This document shows positions 32,801 to 41,300 of a stretch of DNA of 64,000 bases, piece by piece. The notes below the pieces were generated by a model. That model made no database searches. It was given only the letters and a program-made list of their open reading frames with translations, and was not told the origin of the DNA. Each line of letters opens with the position of its first letter. Within the stretch, counting starts at the first letter, position 1. The stretch spans positions 1,504,001 to 1,568,000 of the forward strand of contig CAXXMD010000003.1 in assembly GCA_963675755.2 (NCBI GenBank), in the 5' to 3' direction. The translations under genes were made by a program, and so were the position numbers. The stretch is from a bacterium (GTDB lineage Bacteria; Zhuqueibacterota; Zhuqueibacteria; Residuimicrobiales; Krinioviventaceae).

Positions 32801-35800
32801 TTATTTCTGAAGCGGTTGTGCAAATTGTTGAAACTACAATTAACAGCAATGAGCACGATGATGAAGAAAAAGGTCTTGTTAACCGCGGTCAGGAATTTGA
32901 GGTTCATGTCCTGGTAAGAGCAGGACAGTTACTTGGCGTTGACTCTGTCAAAGTCATGTTGACAACTGATGGTAATTCCATGCTCGAACCGGACACGGTT
33001 GTTATTGACAGTATTAATCGTGATTCTGAATCTCTGGCAATTTTTACATTGACTGCCGATGATACCTGGTCAGAGCTGGATGGAGAAAAAGAAGAAATTT
33101 TCAGTGCGACAATTCTTTCAGCATTATCCAAAGATACACAGCTTGAAGCGCGTATCCGCAAACCGGACAAGGAAACCGATGCTCTGGCAACCATGCGTAT
33201 TCAACGCCAGGCAAATTTAGCATTGGAACTCTTGTTTGAGAATGAAGGAGACAGTGTATTAACACTTGCTCAGGACTTTAATGTGCTGGCTCGTGTTCGT
33301 AATTTGGGTAGTGCACAGACCGGAAACGGTAGAGTTACATTAACTCCTCCTGAAGGCTACTCTATTAAAATTGCGCAGGATTTATATACTCAAGATCCAA
33401 CACCTTTGGATTTCCAGCTTGAAGATGCAGAAGCCTATACGGATGTTCAATTTGTATTGAAATCACCCGCGGTTACTACTGCGAACCGCAAAATCCGTGG
33501 TGAGATAACTACTATTCCGGTAGATTTGAATACAAATGAACCGGCAATTGTAACAACAAGTGTAGATTCTATCTATGCCAGAACATCAAGTTCGAACCTG
33601 GTAATTGATGCATTTGAAATTTTCAAACCCGTTGGTGCTACCGATGGTATTCTTTCAACTGTACAATCCTTTACCATGCGTGCAATTATCAGTTCTACTA
33701 CAAACCTGCAAAATCGACAGGCACGTCTCGAATTCCCGGATAATTTGCCAGGAGATGTTGAATACAATCTGATTTCAGAACAAACAATTCCATTGGTAAA
33801 CAGTCCGGATACCATTGAGTGGATTTTAACAGCACCGGAAGAAAAATTTGACAACCTTCACAAATTCAGAGTTTATGCAGAAGCTGTTGAAGCGGGAGTA
33901 CCTAAAACCGTTGAAGATAGTTTGACTATAGTTTCTGTTGAAAAACGAGCCAATATAGCCATTGAAGCTTTTGAATCTCAGGATGAGCTTGGGTACAATG
34001 AACCCAGAGAGCGGGAAGCCTATTTTTCTAAAGACCAGGCAAACATAACCCTTCGCGCCAGAATAAAAAATCAGGGTGAAGCAAATGTATATGGCAATGG
34101 TATAATTCGTTTGGATCTGGGTCAAAGTAACCTGACCCTTGCAGCCGGTAACACAACTCCATTGCAAACCACTTTTACCGGAGAAACAGAATCTGTAGAG
34201 TGGATTGTAGACGCGGGTGCAATTGATACAGATGGTAAAGATATTACCGTAGAAATTGTTCAGGCTCCACGTGATACCAATACAAATGAATATGCAAAAA
34301 CCGTTGACGATGCAACGGTTAAAGAAATTCGCGTATTTATTCAAGAGCTTGGTAGAATCAGGATCAATAACAATGTGGCTGAGATCAGTTCTCCTTCCGG
34401 AGCCAAAGATAATACAATCTCTACAGATCAGACATTTTATGTTACAACTGAAGTAAATTCTTACAAAGTTAATCCGGATAAAATTGCGGCAAGGCTTGTT
34501 ACTCCGGCAACCTATAAAGTAACTGATAGGGTTCAAAGTGTTCCAATTGGATTTTATCAAGAGGTCACCTGGGAAATTACAGCCCCGGCTGAACACCATA
34601 TTCTTACTGATGCAAAAGATACGCTTTATGTAGAAGTTACTGCAGAAGATGAAGCATCAGGTGTTGAGCTTGTATGGCGTTCTGACTCTATTTTTGTACA
34701 TGTGGTAGAAAAAACCAAATTCAAAGTAGAACCCAGAATTGTATGGCCCAATGCATGGCCGGATGAACAGCAAGAGGTTGTCTCTACATATCAGGACTTT
34801 GATATTGAAGCTTATATTCGCCATGATGGTGCCCAGTATATGAGACAAGACAGCTTTGTTGTAAAAATTTCTGCTCCGCCGGAGTTTGAAGTCCAGGGCA
34901 ACAAACAACAGGTATACAGATGGGAACAGTTTAATAATCAGGATCACCCAACGTGGAGGGTAACAGCACCACGTACAAAACCGACAAACAGTGAGGCTTC
35001 TTCCTTTACAATTACTCTGCTTGAAGCCGCACGAGATACCAACTCTTACCAGATGGGTACAGTGCAGGATGATTCTGTAAGATTTTCCATATTTGTTGTA
35101 GAACGGGCACTGGTAAATTTTGACACCTATCTGTTAGGTCAACAGACTCAGGATACATCCAGTGTACGTATTGGAAGTAATTTTAAAGCGGTTTGTAAAG
35201 TTACAAACCTGGGTGCTGCCAAAATGGTTGGAGCTTTTTCAGTCAAGATCAATCTGCCTTCCGGTTATACGTCTGCGGATACTTTAAAACAGGCGTTGAT
35301 TCAGGATGGGTTTGAAGATTCTTTAACCTGGAACATAAAGGCGCCAAACAGTGTAACAAGCGGATTGTCAACGATATCCTTTACCCTGGTTGATCCGCCA
35401 AACGATCAATATACACATGCAAATGCATCAACATATAATACATCGGATATTGTCAAGGTCAAGCTTGAAACCGGTAAACTGATAGCCCAGTCTTACAAAA
35501 TCCGGGAAAAAACTGCAGTAATTAAGGGTGGAACAGATGTTCCTATGATGGGCCTGGTATTTAGAAATAAAGATATTTCCAGCCAGGTTAACACCTATCT
35601 CAATAAACTCTTTTTTACATTCAAAAATAGAGAAGGTGAAGCCATTTCTGCATCGTCTGTTGTCAAGCGAGTGGTTGCGTATCAAAAGCCAGCTGATCCC
35701 AAAGCTGGTTACACGATCAAGCTTGCTGAAACCATAGACTTTACGGATACAGATAAACCGGGACAGGTCATGCTTGATCTGCGTGATATTCGGATTGATA

Positions 35801-36324
35801 CAATCCAGAGCGCTGAACAGGATACTGTAGATATCCTTGTGGATATCCTCAGTACAGATGTTGAAGATTTTAGAATGACCATGTCAGATTCTTTGCCCAT
35901 TATTGCATTAGATGATAACAACCAGCAGGTTGAACTGGCAGACATTGATGGTAACCCGATATCTTATTTGCTGATGGAATCGGATCTGGCGGTTATTGTT
36001 GATGCCGTAACCAAAGAGTCATTTTACAATTATCCAAACCCGTTTGGTCGTTCAGATCGCCCATCTACAAAGTTCATTTATTATCTTGAAGACCAGATGG
36101 ATGTAACTTTGCAAATCTTTACCATGACCGGTGATCTGGTTATCAAAAAAGAATACCTGATGACAAATGGTGACGTTCAATGTGAGTCCGGCTTGCATCA
36201 GGGAGATATTGAATGGGACGGAAGAAATGGTAAAGGTCATTTGGTATTGAACGGTGTTTATTTCGCGTATTTGTCCACCTCGGATGGCAAGGTTGCCAAT
36301 ACCAAGGTGGTTGTAGTAAAATAA
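26839..36324 (+). CDS. Giant (3161 aa) secreted Ig-like repeat protein with C-terminal T9SS type-A/FlgD-Ig-like sorting domain
   Basis: GAGG RBS and GTG start; signal peptide; T/S/V-rich tandem beta-sandwich repeats (VTA.D...N..TNYTGTV.FT; ITPSQ.TVT.GQT..W.V; V..GQ.F.V.V.V.N); C-terminal YNYPNPF...IFT..G.LV...WDGRN..G..V.NGVY...KVVVVK. Confidence 0.88.
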   Translation: MKTKTRIYIGLFVLLFAVQTFASIVTLDITPSDTEYGQQALYELQYTAAQPGQVISSTDWFEFTFTSEFNLAYLTAITFPNTNPESYGGFEPTWNFVNNASGQQTIRVRRDGTGTTIDPGDQVTIYLSMITNPENPTPVDQISFATYKDSDATDSNPFSDPVDQSNPTTVVLQGPIVSFDLYTAAASITAGSAFPLQVINAVDGHGNPAGIPAAIPADNVNERTVRIELTSDQTAPDGTAPVVADIIVENGTGSAGQTLYNAATNVQFVGTLLTDPTVTDNINITTVNNAAVDHLEMTGYPATIDATDTFPNPVVVTAQDVYNNTVTNYTGTVSFTTTSTRYTLPNAYTFVSGDLGQRSFSGIRLQDSGNQTITVNDGTRSTTSDIIVVNGGNLALFTFGVSPALAIAGEPVTLSITGAQDASGNPLNESFTLAFDDAGSHTSPNGETPVLPSVLNVVNGSGSVQINLFNAELSLTINATANSITRSVNFDVQPGSLEEFDLAGVPVSVDSGATFTNAITVTALDDFGNVKTNYTGTVQFTSTDTKVEVDLPSSTTLFNGVRAFPGADFSLHTVGNQTITVADISAGVATESNYIQVKSIPTDIEIVSITPSQTTVTQGQTADWTVAIVVRNNSTTTPIQLSSNSTQSYIQFKRGTVDTGYDITGPTGTFSIPATGTTTLTYTVSETGTMTGTLDIFARVATISGDHTTSTLDEVYSGVEVQTPENIQIVSATPSQPEVVAGDDTHSWTVEVEVENTGGSTVDFDFSRTSLVSSAQVTHTRPSAFTDLSTTLAPDESKTMVFTVTENGSTTGTHNLNVRLSYQVQNTLEVKEPTVSSGASVDVVSASNLQITDITPSRTTISIGSSTEWDITVDLSNNGGSDVEIDLTQAYTWIKFYSASAQELNDVDLTWPTELEIAGGTTLAAGSTDQLIFHVTSNTFTSGTMNIVGRVQGTEANRSLVISDVTVANDGVSGTVVMQTPPNVTYVSGSLQPRSVFPGTAADFQVSVSNSGGATVQLDEEQTTIEFSDAVNGGSHVFSATLDPGYGTTIGPGTTTLHFNSKNVPSEFISNDSYPVTISLNGVENGSVYTRSLTPGSDLVTVGEPGDLTVTGIRTSTGSVTVGQTNSWTAVITVENNDISDMRLQDVSLAFNYSTDDVTNYFTYTPATTFLGSGTAVLASDGRDSINVTISAVSANAPTGAILVSTEVSMVDVNDAGRQFTDQLYNAAQIMSQSPADIVVNSIRSSQPTITRGQTVPWTITAKVTNTGQSEVQLRTGSLINFSRGNQYFTVTAPTAFSGNGTANLVGGGVDSLVFTVTNVSSSVSVGPFTVNATILTDELNTGRDIQDQSSSISLSIQENASIRIDNVFADLRSNTLVNTNQEFYVQAQVSNVGGSNGDMVESLVIDFTAQNNGITFPNGNTVTLDSVDVNQSKITTPGILVRAPNLSNFRDVVIGNISSAIARNTGQSANIESPLDNSAEFTTQNPGNLDVLNVTTENDTIVSGTQAPWAINVTVSNTGTGTILLKKPQDTDISINREGYVIKASEIWSDSLLTAGETQVLNYTVTNTPSVSGIFTVTANIRAQDWNDPSISTFTESGQTQVYFTKTSAVGITETYIDPATPNIDEEGVGLVNTGQTFNVRVKIENKADQGLDSVRVRLLSQLSSVQGEILVENIGFGEDKEGVFTVIADDAQNLVGEKLRSEIVYAYGQDGTQSKISQAEDDSVMIKIYNPAQLQIVSTKNLAPNPDKKVSQGQTFPVEVKVANYGSEAAKEVRLSMMTSSTLHATVQETPLYIEQEIAGGDTGTVVFTLQAGNSTAAGLVNIYASLFDAKGKNDNQQPDFLDGGDNDTTFADLEKGAEMLISNLVADVDNGEIIANYSQAPWNLYVELFNDGEADVQITDLGSENITFVVDGQADNTYDVRPPVKLRSSGDLILRAGQTDTLAFSIAENGEIAGNAVIKVNIHGEDMNVGSASDLLAIDSTNVYVISEAVVQIVETTINSNEHDDEEKGLVNRGQEFEVHVLVRAGQLLGVDSVKVMLTTDGNSMLEPDTVVIDSINRDSESLAIFTLTADDTWSELDGEKEEIFSATILSALSKDTQLEARIRKPDKETDALATMRIQRQANLALELLFENEGDSVLTLAQDFNVLARVRNLGSAQTGNGRVTLTPPEGYSIKIAQDLYTQDPTPLDFQLEDAEAYTDVQFVLKSPAVTTANRKIRGEITTIPVDLNTNEPAIVTTSVDSIYARTSSSNLVIDAFEIFKPVGATDGILSTVQSFTMRAIISSTTNLQNRQARLEFPDNLPGDVEYNLISEQTIPLVNSPDTIEWILTAPEEKFDNLHKFRVYAEAVEAGVPKTVEDSLTIVSVEKRANIAIEAFESQDELGYNEPREREAYFSKDQANITLRARIKNQGEANVYGNGIIRLDLGQSNLTLAAGNTTPLQTTFTGETESVEWIVDAGAIDTDGKDITVEIVQAPRDTNTNEYAKTVDDATVKEIRVFIQELGRIRINNNVAEISSPSGAKDNTISTDQTFYVTTEVNSYKVNPDKIAARLVTPATYKVTDRVQSVPIGFYQEVTWEITAPAEHHILTDAKDTLYVEVTAEDEASGVELVWRSDSIFVHVVEKTKFKVEPRIVWPNAWPDEQQEVVSTYQDFDIEAYIRHDGAQYMRQDSFVVKISAPPEFEVQGNKQQVYRWEQFNNQDHPTWRVTAPRTKPTNSEASSFTITLLEAARDTNSYQMGTVQDDSVRFSIFVVERALVNFDTYLLGQQTQDTSSVRIGSNFKAVCKVTNLGAAKMVGAFSVKINLPSGYTSADTLKQALIQDGFEDSLTWNIKAPNSVTSGLSTISFTLVDPPNDQYTHANASTYNTSDIVKVKLETGKLIAQSYKIREKTAVIKGGTDVPMMGLVFRNKDISSQVNTYLNKLFFTFKNREGEAISASSVVKRVVAYQKPADPKAGYTIKLAETIDFTDTDKPGQVMLDLRDIRIDTIQSAEQDTVDILVDILSTDVEDFRMTMSDSLPIIALDDNNQQVELADIDGNPISYLLMESDLAVIVDAVTKESFYNYPNPFGRSDRPSTKFIYYLEDQMDVTLQIFTMTGDLVIKKEYLMTNGDVQCESGLHQGDIEWDGRNGKGHLVLNGVYFAYLSTSDGKVANTKVVVVK

Positions 36325-36368
36325 AAAAACCTAATTGATTGTGAATAATAAAAAAAGAGTGGCATACT

Positions 36369-38348
36369 GTGAATAGATTATTAAAAATTTCGGTCGTGGC
36401 GGTATTTATATTGTCTCTGGTGACCGTAGGTTTTGCACAATATGAATCTGCAAATGGCCAATGGGGTGGTTTAACGGATGTTTTCGATTATCCCGTTGGC
36501 GCCCGTGCCATGGCAATGGGTGGTGCATATGTGTCTGCTGTAGATGATCCGTATGCGCTTTACTGGAACCCTGCAGCCCTGCAGCGAGTGGACAGAATTG
36601 GATTTGGATTTTTCAATACCAATCTGCCAATGAGTACGAGCTATAATTATTTTTCATTTTCCTACCCTACACTTACGTTCGGAACATTTTCGGCAGGTGT
36701 GTTGAGAATAGGAACCGGTGATATTTTAAACACGGATGATTATGGTTCAAAGCTTGGGACCCGGGATTTCAGTAAAAGCCTGTTCATGTTCGGTTATGGT
36801 TTTAAAGCTACCAACTGGTTTTATATGGGTACCAATTTTAAAGTAGAACGGACCAGCTTGCCGGGATACGATGGCGAAAGCAATTACTCTGAATCCGGGT
36901 TGGGTGCAGATTTTGGTATGTTGATTGACCCTGGCAAAACCAGTGGTTTTTTAAAAGATTTCTCTATGGGTTTGAGTATTCAAAACTTTTTGCAGCGCAC
37001 ACAACGTGTTGTTGAAACTCAGGATAAAACCCCGCGCAACTTTTTGTTTGGAATGTCTAAAGGGGTGGGTCAGGACTTTTTGAACCATCACGCGTTATTC
37101 GCATTTCAGATGGATATTAACAGCGCTCAGGATGTACCGGTATTCTATCATATGGGTATGGAATATGATTTTAGAAAAACTTTGTTCCTGAGACTGGGTT
37201 TTGATGGGCGTGGAGAACAGGCTGATGGTGTTTCTTCATGGAAGACAACATGGGGTATGGGTGTTAATATGTATGGAGTCCAGTTGGATTATTCTTACTG
37301 GAGCCCCCGTTATGATGTCTTGAGCAGCAGCCACCGAATTTCTTTGGTTTACAGCATTGGTAAAACACGCAAGCAGCGTCTCGACGAGATCCACCTGAAT
37401 GAGCTATCACGATTCCAGGAAGAAGTTGAAAGACAAAAGAAATATGATCAGCGTACTGCATATTTGAGCGGACTTGAACAAGCGCGTATCAATTTTAAAA
37501 GTGGTGATTTGTATGCGGCACTTGCAAATGTAAACCGTATTTTAGCTATGGATTCTTCAGGTAAAGATCCTGCTTTTAGTGAAGCAAGACAATTGATGAA
37601 TGAGATCAATGCGTCAATAGAGCTCAAACGTGAAGAAGAGCGCAGCCAGAGAGAGGCGAAAACCCGCGCTGAAATTGAATTGCAGCAACGTGAGCAGTTG
37701 ATTGATGATCACTATAACAAAGCTACCGCTTATTTTGAAACACAGGATTTCAGAGAAGCACTTACCGAATGTGATCGCGCACTTGAACTTGATCCAAACA
37801 GCGAGCATATTAAAGGCCTGCGTGAAGTTATTGTAGAAAATCTCAAAGGCGAAATTACCAAACTCTTGAATGAAGCGAGACGTCAGAGATTGAATGGTAA
37901 GCCATATGATGCAATCCAGTTTTATAACAAGGCATTGGAATTGGCCAAAGGTGATACAGAAGTAACCCAGGCAATTCTTAATGCCCGTAGACAACTGGAG
38001 AACAAGCTGAACCGTGACGATACTATTCGTCGCGCAAACCAGTATGAACTTGAGCAGAATTATGCCAGTGCAGCCGACTTGTATAAAGAATTGTTGAAAT
38101 CTGAACCCAATAATACGGCAATTCAAAAGAAATACAATGAAATGTACGCTCGCGCAAATGCAAAAACCAAACTGTTGACAGGCAGGGCAAAACAATTCTT
38201 TGAAAAAGGTTTAGCAGCATTTACCCAGGGTCGGTACGAAGAAGCACTGCAAAATTATGAAAGTGCACGCGAGCTTGATCCGTTGAATCTTAATGTATTA
38301 AAGGCAATTGATTTATGTCGGGCAAGATTAAGAGCCCAATCAAAATAA
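36369..38348 (+). CDS. PorV/PorQ-family outer-membrane beta-barrel fused to a coiled coil and TPR domain
   Basis: Signal peptide; VGARAMAMGGAYV...DD..A.YWNPAAL; barrel ends ...DYS.....L.SSHRISL; then helical TPRs (ALELDPNS, ARELDPLN). Confidence 0.8.
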   Translation: MNRLLKISVVAVFILSLVTVGFAQYESANGQWGGLTDVFDYPVGARAMAMGGAYVSAVDDPYALYWNPAALQRVDRIGFGFFNTNLPMSTSYNYFSFSYPTLTFGTFSAGVLRIGTGDILNTDDYGSKLGTRDFSKSLFMFGYGFKATNWFYMGTNFKVERTSLPGYDGESNYSESGLGADFGMLIDPGKTSGFLKDFSMGLSIQNFLQRTQRVVETQDKTPRNFLFGMSKGVGQDFLNHHALFAFQMDINSAQDVPVFYHMGMEYDFRKTLFLRLGFDGRGEQADGVSSWKTTWGMGVNMYGVQLDYSYWSPRYDVLSSSHRISLVYSIGKTRKQRLDEIHLNELSRFQEEVERQKKYDQRTAYLSGLEQARINFKSGDLYAALANVNRILAMDSSGKDPAFSEARQLMNEINASIELKREEERSQREAKTRAEIELQQREQLIDDHYNKATAYFETQDFREALTECDRALELDPNSEHIKGLREVIVENLKGEITKLLNEARRQRLNGKPYDAIQFYNKALELAKGDTEVTQAILNARRQLENKLNRDDTIRRANQYELEQNYASAADLYKELLKSEPNNTAIQKKYNEMYARANAKTKLLTGRAKQFFEKGLAAFTQGRYEEALQNYESARELDPLNLNVLKAIDLCRARLRAQSK

Positions 38349-38363
38349 AAAAGGTGTTGATCA

Positions 38364-41300
38364 TTGGCAAAAACATCAGAAAATGAACAATTAAAAATAC
38401 AGGCAAATGTAGACCATCTGGGTGAATTACGTGAATTTGTGACCCGTATCGGGAAAAAGTATGGCTATTCCGAGCGGGTCGTAAACGCGTTTAAATTGTC
38501 CATTGATGAAGCAGCAACCAATATCATCAAACACGCTTATAAAGAATGGGATGGTGATATTACCATTCGGGCAGTCAAGCGCAAAAGCAGTCTTACATTT
38601 GTACTTATTGATAATGGAAAATATTTTGATCCCCGTCAGTTCAAAGACCCTGATCTGCAAAAGTATGTAGATATTGGTAAAAAGGGTGGCCTCGGTATTT
38701 TTATGATGCGCCGTCTTTTGGACCGAATCGACTATAAAAAAACAGAAGAGGGAAATGAACTCTGGCTTACCAAAAACAAACAGGAAAAGCCCGGTCGTCC
38801 CAAGATTACGGTTTCTCCTATTCCTCTGGGTTTAAAGGCACGCTATTGGTTGTTTTCCATGGCAGCGTTTACGATTGTTTTGGTGCTGGTCTATTTGTTT
38901 TTTTTTATGGATCAGAATCAAGTTGTTCTGTCACGTTATATTGAAAAAGCCCGCGAAGCCTGCTCTATTGTGGGCAGCGATATTTCCGAAAATCTAATCC
39001 CCGATAATGATTTAATTACTGATGAAATTATTGATGATTTGGTTAAAAATGGTAGTATGGATCCCATCATACTTGATTACACCAACACCTCCATCAAGAA
39101 CTTGCTCAATACGGAATATAGTGATATTCTGCTGAATGCTTTTGTTGTTGATAATATACAAAATATATTATCAACCGCGGAATTTGATTCTGTGTATTTT
39201 CGCATATTGAGTCGTTTTGATATACCTGGTGAGAATAAAAAGCTTGAAGAAAATGTATACGAATATCGTTTACCCTCTGGCGAAAAAGTAGTTGATTATA
39301 CCTGGCAGGTCAGAAACGCAGAAGACAGGACCCTGTGTACTTTACATTTTTTGATTGATTATCAGACCATTCAAAAGGAGATTAATGCAGCCCGGTTCAG
39401 CTATTTAAATCTGGTCTTGTTAGTTTGGGTTATTGGCGCGGCTGGTCTCTTTTTATTGATTTATTTGGTTATGACCCCCCTGAAACGTTTACAGGACTGG
39501 GTAAAAACCATGAATCAGCCGGGAGATCTAGAAGATTTAGAAATCGATACGTCAACAGAAGTAGGCGAAATTGCCAAAGCTTTTAGTGATATTACACTGA
39601 AACTTCGAGATTCTCAGGCAAACCTTGCCGAGCAGGAACGCTTGCAAAAAGAAATGCAGGTTGCTCAGGAAATTCAGCAAACGCTGCTGCCTTCTGAATT
39701 CCCGGATCTTGAGGGATATGATTTAGCTTCCTTTTATGCTGCGGCCAAAGAGGTGGGTGGTGACTATTATGATTTTGTTGAAGTAGATCAGGATACCCTG
39801 GGAATTGTTGTTGCTGACGTATCGGGTAAAGGTGTGCCGGGATCACTTGTTATGACCATGATCCGTACCGCATTACGAACCGAAGCCCGCGGTGTTAAAG
39901 ACGCCGCAGAAGTACTGACCCGTGTAAATGATTTTGTAGTAAATGACATGAAAAAAGGCATGTTTGTGACCTTGTTTTATGTCATTGTAGATTCCAAAAA
40001 ACGACGTATCAATTATGCCAGTGCGGGACATAATCCCATGATTTTGTACCGTGCGTCCCAAAAGAAAACCTATTATCTGAATCCCAAAGGGTTTCCTATT
40101 GGTATCTCTTTGCCGGATAAAGATCTGTTTAAAAATTCACTCGAGTCAGATTCCATTGCCCTGACAGAAGATGATATTCTTATAGTTTATACAGATGGTG
40201 TTACCGAGGCCATGAACACCAAGCGGGATTTGTTTGGTGAAGAACGGTTCCTCAAGGTTATTCAAAATAATGGCGAGTCAACAGCTGATGAATTTGTAGA
40301 AAATTTGAAATCAGAAATTATGTCATTTACGGAAGGTAGTCCGCAAAATGATGATATTACTCTGGTAGCAATCAAAGAACAAACATCGGCGGAAAAACTG
40401 GAGCTTAAACGCGCCAAAGATGCATATCTGGCTATTCAGAATGGCAAATCCGTAAAACAGGCCTGTAAAGAAGCCGGTATCTCTACCTATTCTTATTACA
40501 ATAAATACAAAACAAGATTTGAAGAAAATGAACTGGACGATGTTTTAGCTGACGAGCCTACTGAAGAATTTGAAGTTAAACAACTCAGTATTGAAGAGAA
40601 AACCAAGATTTATGATGTAATTAAAAGATTCCCTGAATTTGGCGCCAAGCGTATTAGTGAGGAATTGAATTCGGAACATTATGAAAATACGGTTATTAGT
40701 CCTGCAAAAATTTATGATGAACTGGTTAGTTCACGATTAAATACAAAAAAGCTGCGTGAGGGTTTTATTGCACGTGGAAATCGTAAAAAAAGAATGAAAC
40801 CCCCCGGTACACCCATGTTGACAATAGATGGAAAAATCATTGTCAATAAACCCAAGCCCGAACCGCGATTTGAACTGCCTGAACCGGTTGAAACTGAAAA
40901 ACATCAGGAGGTGATAACCACTGGTGATATATTCAATGATGAAAAACCACCGGAAGAAGAAATTCCTCAAAATCAGGAACAAGAGACTGAAACTATAGAT
41001 TCAAAGGAAGATCAGGAAACGATTTCTACTGTAGAAGAAACTCATGAGCCCATTCAAATTGAAGAAATGTCATCAGAGGATGTGCTAACGTTTGAAGATC
41101 TAACCGATTTTAGTTTTGATGTAAATGAAACGTTTGATGAAATAGAGTCTGAATTATCTGAAGCAGTCGACATTTCAGAGACGGTTGCTCAGGAAGACAC
41201 AGAATCTTTGGATGATTCATCTGCAAAAAGTAGCGAGGAAAACGATGTATTAAACTTGGTGTCTGATGAACAATTTGATGAGACACAAGAAGTAGATACA

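Noticed and set aside
33826-34599. 257-aa - strand ORF and other antisense ORFs within the giant gene
   Set aside because: Shadow frames of a long coding sequence; no RBS or recognisable domains.
40407-40757. An actual IS481 element inserted in the phosphatase gene
   Set aside because: No DDE catalytic domain, terminal inverted repeats or frame disruption; treated as a fused HTH module instead.
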